In this document: piece after piece, positions 61,601-64,000 of the stretch | How the letters are laid out: every line of letters starts with the position of its first letter | Position numbering within the stretch: the stretch's first letter is position 1 | Assembly: GCA_036172245.1 (NCBI GenBank) | Contig: JAYWIR010000005.1 | Span: 2,852,001 to 2,916,000 of the forward strand | Direction: 5' to 3' | Length of the DNA: 64,000 nt | DNA from: Raillietiella orientalis | Lineage: Eukaryota | Position numbers and translations under genes: made by a program | Notes under the pieces: model-generated | Databases searched by the model: none | What the model saw: the letters and a program-made list of their open reading frames with translations, nothing else | Told to the model about the DNA's origin: nothing

Positions 61601-63930
61601 TCGAATATCCCACCAACTGGGATCCCTAAACAGCGGTTTAGGGATTCTTCCGTTCCCTAAACCGCGAATGGAGAATTGCGTTTGGCACGCAGGGATCCCT
61701 CACTGACTGTAAACAAGGCCACGCACTCCTACGCAGTGCTGCACCCGAGATCAGCAGCGAGAGAGCACACGGCGCCGCACTCGGACGACCAAGACGCTGC
61801 TTACTGGGCATTAGGGAGACTCCATTCTTGTACCACTCTACTCTCATCCTGGAGTCGTTGACGGGTTCAACTAACGCTTCCATGTGTATGTGTTCCCCTT
61901 CCTCAGACTTGATGTTCTCTTTCAGGTGCTGCGAAAATTTGGGAGGTTCGTGCGGTCCCACTTCAATGGACACGGGTCTGGCCGGCTGAGACCAAAGAGA
62001 TTCCTGCTGCTGAATTTTCTTCCAGCTTTCCTCGTGAATGCTTTCCCTCATGATGATGGACCGATCTGAGGGGAAAAAAACAATCACTCAGCCATGTAGC
62101 CGGTCACCGCTGTCCCAGCGTACCTGACACCCTCAAAGATGTTGAGGTGACATCCTCTCCCGCATTGTTTCTCGCTTTGCATACGTAGACACCTGCATCG
62201 CCCGGGGTAGCCGAATTGATATCCAGAGTCACGTAGCCGAAATCATTGGAAGTGTGTATACGAGATCCTGATCATCCGTGAGTTGGCATGCATTCCGCGC
62301 AGCGGGAGGGGTCAGTACCTAGCTTGAGATCGTTCCCGTTGACTTGCCACGTGAGGGTCAGCGAAGGATCGCCCACGGGTATCACGCGACACTCGAAGTG
62401 GGCGTGCTGTCCTTCCAAGATGTGGATCGGCTTATTCAAGGGCTGCGTGAACACGGGTTTTCCAAAAGCGGGCTCTTCCACGACTGCCGCCCTTTCCGGA
62501 TGGTACGATTCCAGCTTTCTGATTTTGTCCAATCCTTCCGGGTGCTGCGTCTCGAGCTGGATGCTCGCCTTGGCTGGGGTGAGCGAATAGACCCGCGTGT
62601 CTTTCATCTGCATCGGGTGCTTCACTTACTCCTGATCTTCAGAGAAGCGGTCGTCACTGCTTCGCCCAGATCGTTGGAAGCCCTGCACATGTAGATCCCC
62701 TCATCGTCGCCTCTCAGCCCTTCGATGTCAAGAGCCACGTAGCCAAAATCGTGGGTTGCTCTGATACGAGAACCTGGACGCGGTGCGGCATCAAGGAGGG
62801 AATGTTTAGTAGGCACCCTTACTTTTCTGAATCGGCTTTTCATTGCGGAACCACTCCACTTTGAGTTTGGGATCCCCGACCGGGATGAGGTGGCACCTGA
62901 ACCTGGCTGCCTCTCCTTCATTCAGTGAGTCCAGGTTCTGGAGTGGAACCGTGAACACCGGTCTCTGAAAGGTTCCCTGCTCGGGCGACTTTTCTTTGTA
63001 ATGTCTAGACAATCCTTCCAGCTGCCTCAGCTTTTCCAGCCCTTCGGGATGCTGGCTTTCCATTAGAATGCTTCTCTTCCCTTCGTGGAAAGGAATGGAT
63101 GAGTATGATAAGATTTCGGATTAGGGTCCGAAGAAGTTGCGGAGAGATGCAAAAAAAACCAAAAAAAGTCTCACCCTCCACGTGTATGCTGATGGAAGAA
63201 GATGCTGTTCCCGCCTTGTTCGTGGCCTTGCATGAGTATTCGCCAGAGTCTTCAGGATACACATGAGATATGTTCAGAGAGATGTATCCAAATTCGAACG
63301 TCTTATGGTATCTCGACCCGGAGAGTAGGGGCTTCCCGTTATGGTAGAACTCGACACGCAGGTCCGGATCATGGATTGGTTCGATTCTGGCCTCCAGATT
63401 GATGCACTGCCCCTCCTTCAGAAGACTGGTCCCCTAAGAACGAGTGAGAATTCGATGGAGCCAACATAAACAGCTTCACTGAACTTGTAGCTCCGATGTG
63501 AAGTACGGATGGATCAGGGGGAATTCGACATCTTTCCTTTCTGGAAGTGGAGGGAACGCTTCCAACTCAATTATCTTCTTGAGGCTTTCAGGATGCTGAG
63601 TTTCCATGTATATGCTCTTTTTGGCTGTAAATCCGATATTCAGAGGACTAGCTCTAAACATCCCCGCTCTTACCTCTGACGCTCACAGAACAAGTGGTAA
63701 CAGCTTCTCCGAGAGCGTTCTTTGCTATGCATATGTAGGTTCCGGAATCTTCTGCGTAAGCGTACAGAAGATCAAGAGCCACATAGCCGAAGTCATTGAT
63801 GGTTCGGAATCTGTGACCTGTCTTGATTTCCTTCCCGTTGACGAACCAATCTACTTTCATGGTAGGATCGTTCACTGGCTCCAGCCTGCATTCCAGGTGG
63901 ACATGGTGTGCTTCCTTGACGTCTTCGACG
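1..63930 (-). CDS. sls: Sallimus/kettin (invertebrate titin, I-connectin-like) gene; multi-exon, partial at both ends
   Basis: About 23 I-set Ig domains (PxF...C...W..NG...DSGxYxCxAxN), with kettin-type linkers (ETQHPEGLEKI, DFGYVALD) in the upstream modules. Peptides KTRQYDAGTVQVLARN, PWYDSELKGYQKE, VQGDIEILRKITEKHTTEVEH and FSVVAENRGGKAKCSANLVVE resemble Drosophila Sls/kettin as I recall it (no search run). The Ig region is followed by Glu-rich and PEVK regions. The GT-AG exon chain is phase-consistent almost throughout. Confidence 0.93.
345..2174 (-). repeat. Coding tandem repeat, 183 bp (61 aa) x 10, PEVK-type
   Basis: The motif gtgtctt(c/t)ttcagctgg recurs at 345, 528, 711, 894, 1077, 1260, 1443, 1626, 1809 and 1992. 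The unit translates as SVKTKMKLKKKDEVKPEAEDVALEAEVPLKPLEEEKPKETDEKSDEYTLELKKP(V/A)PAEEDT. Confidence 0.97.
15021..28550 (-). CDS. sls: Giant exon A (13,530 bp, 4,510 codons), Glu/Ser/Val/Leu-rich degenerate repeats
   Basis: Coincides with the 4521-aa ORF. Acceptor tatttcag lies just above 28550 and donor GCAG|gtatga at 15021/15020. Phase 1-1. Confidence 0.9.
24725..26850 (-). repeat. Coding tandem repeat, 312 bp (104 aa) x ~7, near-identical copies
   Basis: The motif ttcatggagacgg recurs at 24761, 25073, 25385, 25697, 26009, 26321 and 26633. The protein unit contains SFSIGVNESEDTLIKKAHEVSQSIS...APEQKTATVSMKTRDSLI. Confidence 0.97.
29523..31230 (-). CDS. sls: Three small exons leading into giant exon A
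   Basis: 31230-31166 (YEDVSEKPLELHTHAESQFLE; phase 1-0), 30960-30867 (VAEIKPIHFEDAGVTVKGRESISELDTLVEK; phase 0-1), 29579-29523 (YPEEVKKDLLEDVTQVET; phase 1-1). All have polypyrimidine-AG acceptors and GT donors. Confidence 0.68.
31988..32032. repeat. Intronic inverted repeat (14-bp perfect arms, 5-nt loop)
   Basis: gaggtcaatgcaat-ctcga-attgcattgacctc at 31994-32026, extended by aacaa/ttgtt after one mismatch. Confidence 0.9.
32361..33232 (-). CDS. sls: Two exons carrying a duplicated ~60-aa, probably helical motif
   Basis: Exons 33232-32708 and 32655-32361, separated by a 52-bp phase-0 intron; they overlap ORFs 32681-33229 and 32347-32643. Confidence 0.8.
33436..35486 (-). CDS. sls: Lys/Glu/Pro-rich small exons
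   Basis: Exons 35486-35358, 35184-35050, 34747-34604, 34549-34298, 34209-33943 (all phase 2-2) and 33883-33436 (phase 2-0), with canonical splice sites. Confidence 0.75.
35540..37680 (-). CDS. sls: First exons specific to the long isoform: acidic linker, one Ig domain, and the start of the unique region
   Basis: Exons 37680-37591, 36426-36331 (RPSFTTTLKNITTKQGHRATFFCEFKGHPRP), 35904-35722 (VCWYHENRPL...GEYSCRISNKVG), 35675-35540. All acceptors are phase 1. Confidence 0.8.
38026..39338 (-). CDS. sls: Two-Ig cassette ending in a stop codon (putative terminal exons of a short isoform)
   Basis: Exons 39338-39202, 39152-38738 (Ig PVFLVPLRDQ...SARLSVQ), 38658-38492 (VYEYTSDRSS...), 38390-38302 (PPQFILRTSEEL), 38248-38026 (LEVRVAGSPPPEISWFR...CSCHLQVI-TGA). 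Confidence 0.75.
43804..44604 (-). CDS. sls: 801-bp GC-rich exon encoding a disordered, acidic/Gly-Ala-Pro-rich segment (probable cassette exon)
   Basis: Acceptor ttctctctcctcag and donor T|gtaagc; length is 267 codons, phase 1-1; lies inside ORF 43448-44944; encodes DEEDEENEDEDEENEE. Confidence 0.6.
45833..48687 (-). CDS. sls: Four tandem Ig domains (17-20) after the kettin unique region
   Basis: Exons 48687-48529, 48439-48170, 48116-47991, 47868-47685, 47637-47449, 47398-47235, 45962-45833. The last encodes MSVEGTRASLLIKESYPEDSGKFICRAINSAGQAEVSAYLQVK and ends in phase 1. Confidence 0.86.
48797..49892 (-). CDS. sls: Unique (non-Ig), charged linker region of kettin
   Basis: Exons 49892-49675 (WYDSELKGYQKE), ~49317-48960 (Glu/Gln/Lys/Arg-rich) and 48898-48797 (VQGDIEILRKITEKHTTEVEH). 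Junctions between 49675 and 49317 are not resolved. Confidence 0.72.
49926..49946. repeat. (TC)n microsatellite in an intron
   Basis: About 10 consecutive TC units are directly visible. Confidence 0.85.
50279..56968 (-). CDS. sls: Kettin Ig+linker array, Ig domains 11-16
   Basis: Exons 56968-56771, 56718-56538, 55082-54856, 54797-54669, 54621-54153, 53295-53156, 53072-52811, 52757-52604, 51227-51094, 51024-50793, 50746-50575, 50465-50279. Ig motifs are continuous across the junctions. Confidence 0.86.
58432..63930 (-). CDS. sls: Kettin Ig+linker array, Ig domains 1-10 of this window (19 exons)
   Basis: Exons read by eye: 63930-63674, 63624-63485, 63433-63175, 63080-62823, 62773-62630, 62573-62319, 62267-62124, 62065-61805, 61491-61129, 61014-60838, 60562-60290, 60177-60034, 59925-59777, 59726(or 59720)-59606, 59546-59359, 59307-59090, 59021-58760, 58650-58432 (18 exons). 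A 19th, carrying the start of the first Ig, lies beyond the window edge. All introns are GT-AG and phases match. Confidence 0.88.
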
Positions 63931-64000
63931 CTGAAAAGCAGACATTTAAAAGCACATCTTTGTGTCCCCATTCTTTCCCCTTTCCTCCCCATCTAACAGC

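Overview
This is eukaryotic (arthropod-type) genomic DNA. The whole window is an internal segment of one giant, intron-rich muscle gene on the minus strand, a sallimus/kettin (invertebrate titin/I-connectin) orthologue. Reading from 64 kb down to 1, the first part is about 20 I-set Ig domains, mostly in kettin-type Ig+linker modules, split into dozens of small GT-AG exons. Next is a cassette (44.6-38.0 kb) with two more Ig domains that ends in an in-frame stop and looks like the terminus of a short kettin-like isoform. The gene then continues through one more Ig domain and a run of frame-preserving Lys/Glu-rich exons into two consecutive giant exons (13,530 bp and at least 13,689 bp). The giant exons encode degenerate ~35-aa acidic repeats, a young 312-bp x ~7 array and a 183-bp x 10 PEVK array. 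Both ends of the gene lie outside the window. I found no prokaryotic, CRISPR, RNA-gene or mobile-element signal, and no evidence for a wholly new system. All exon boundaries were read by eye and need transcript confirmation.
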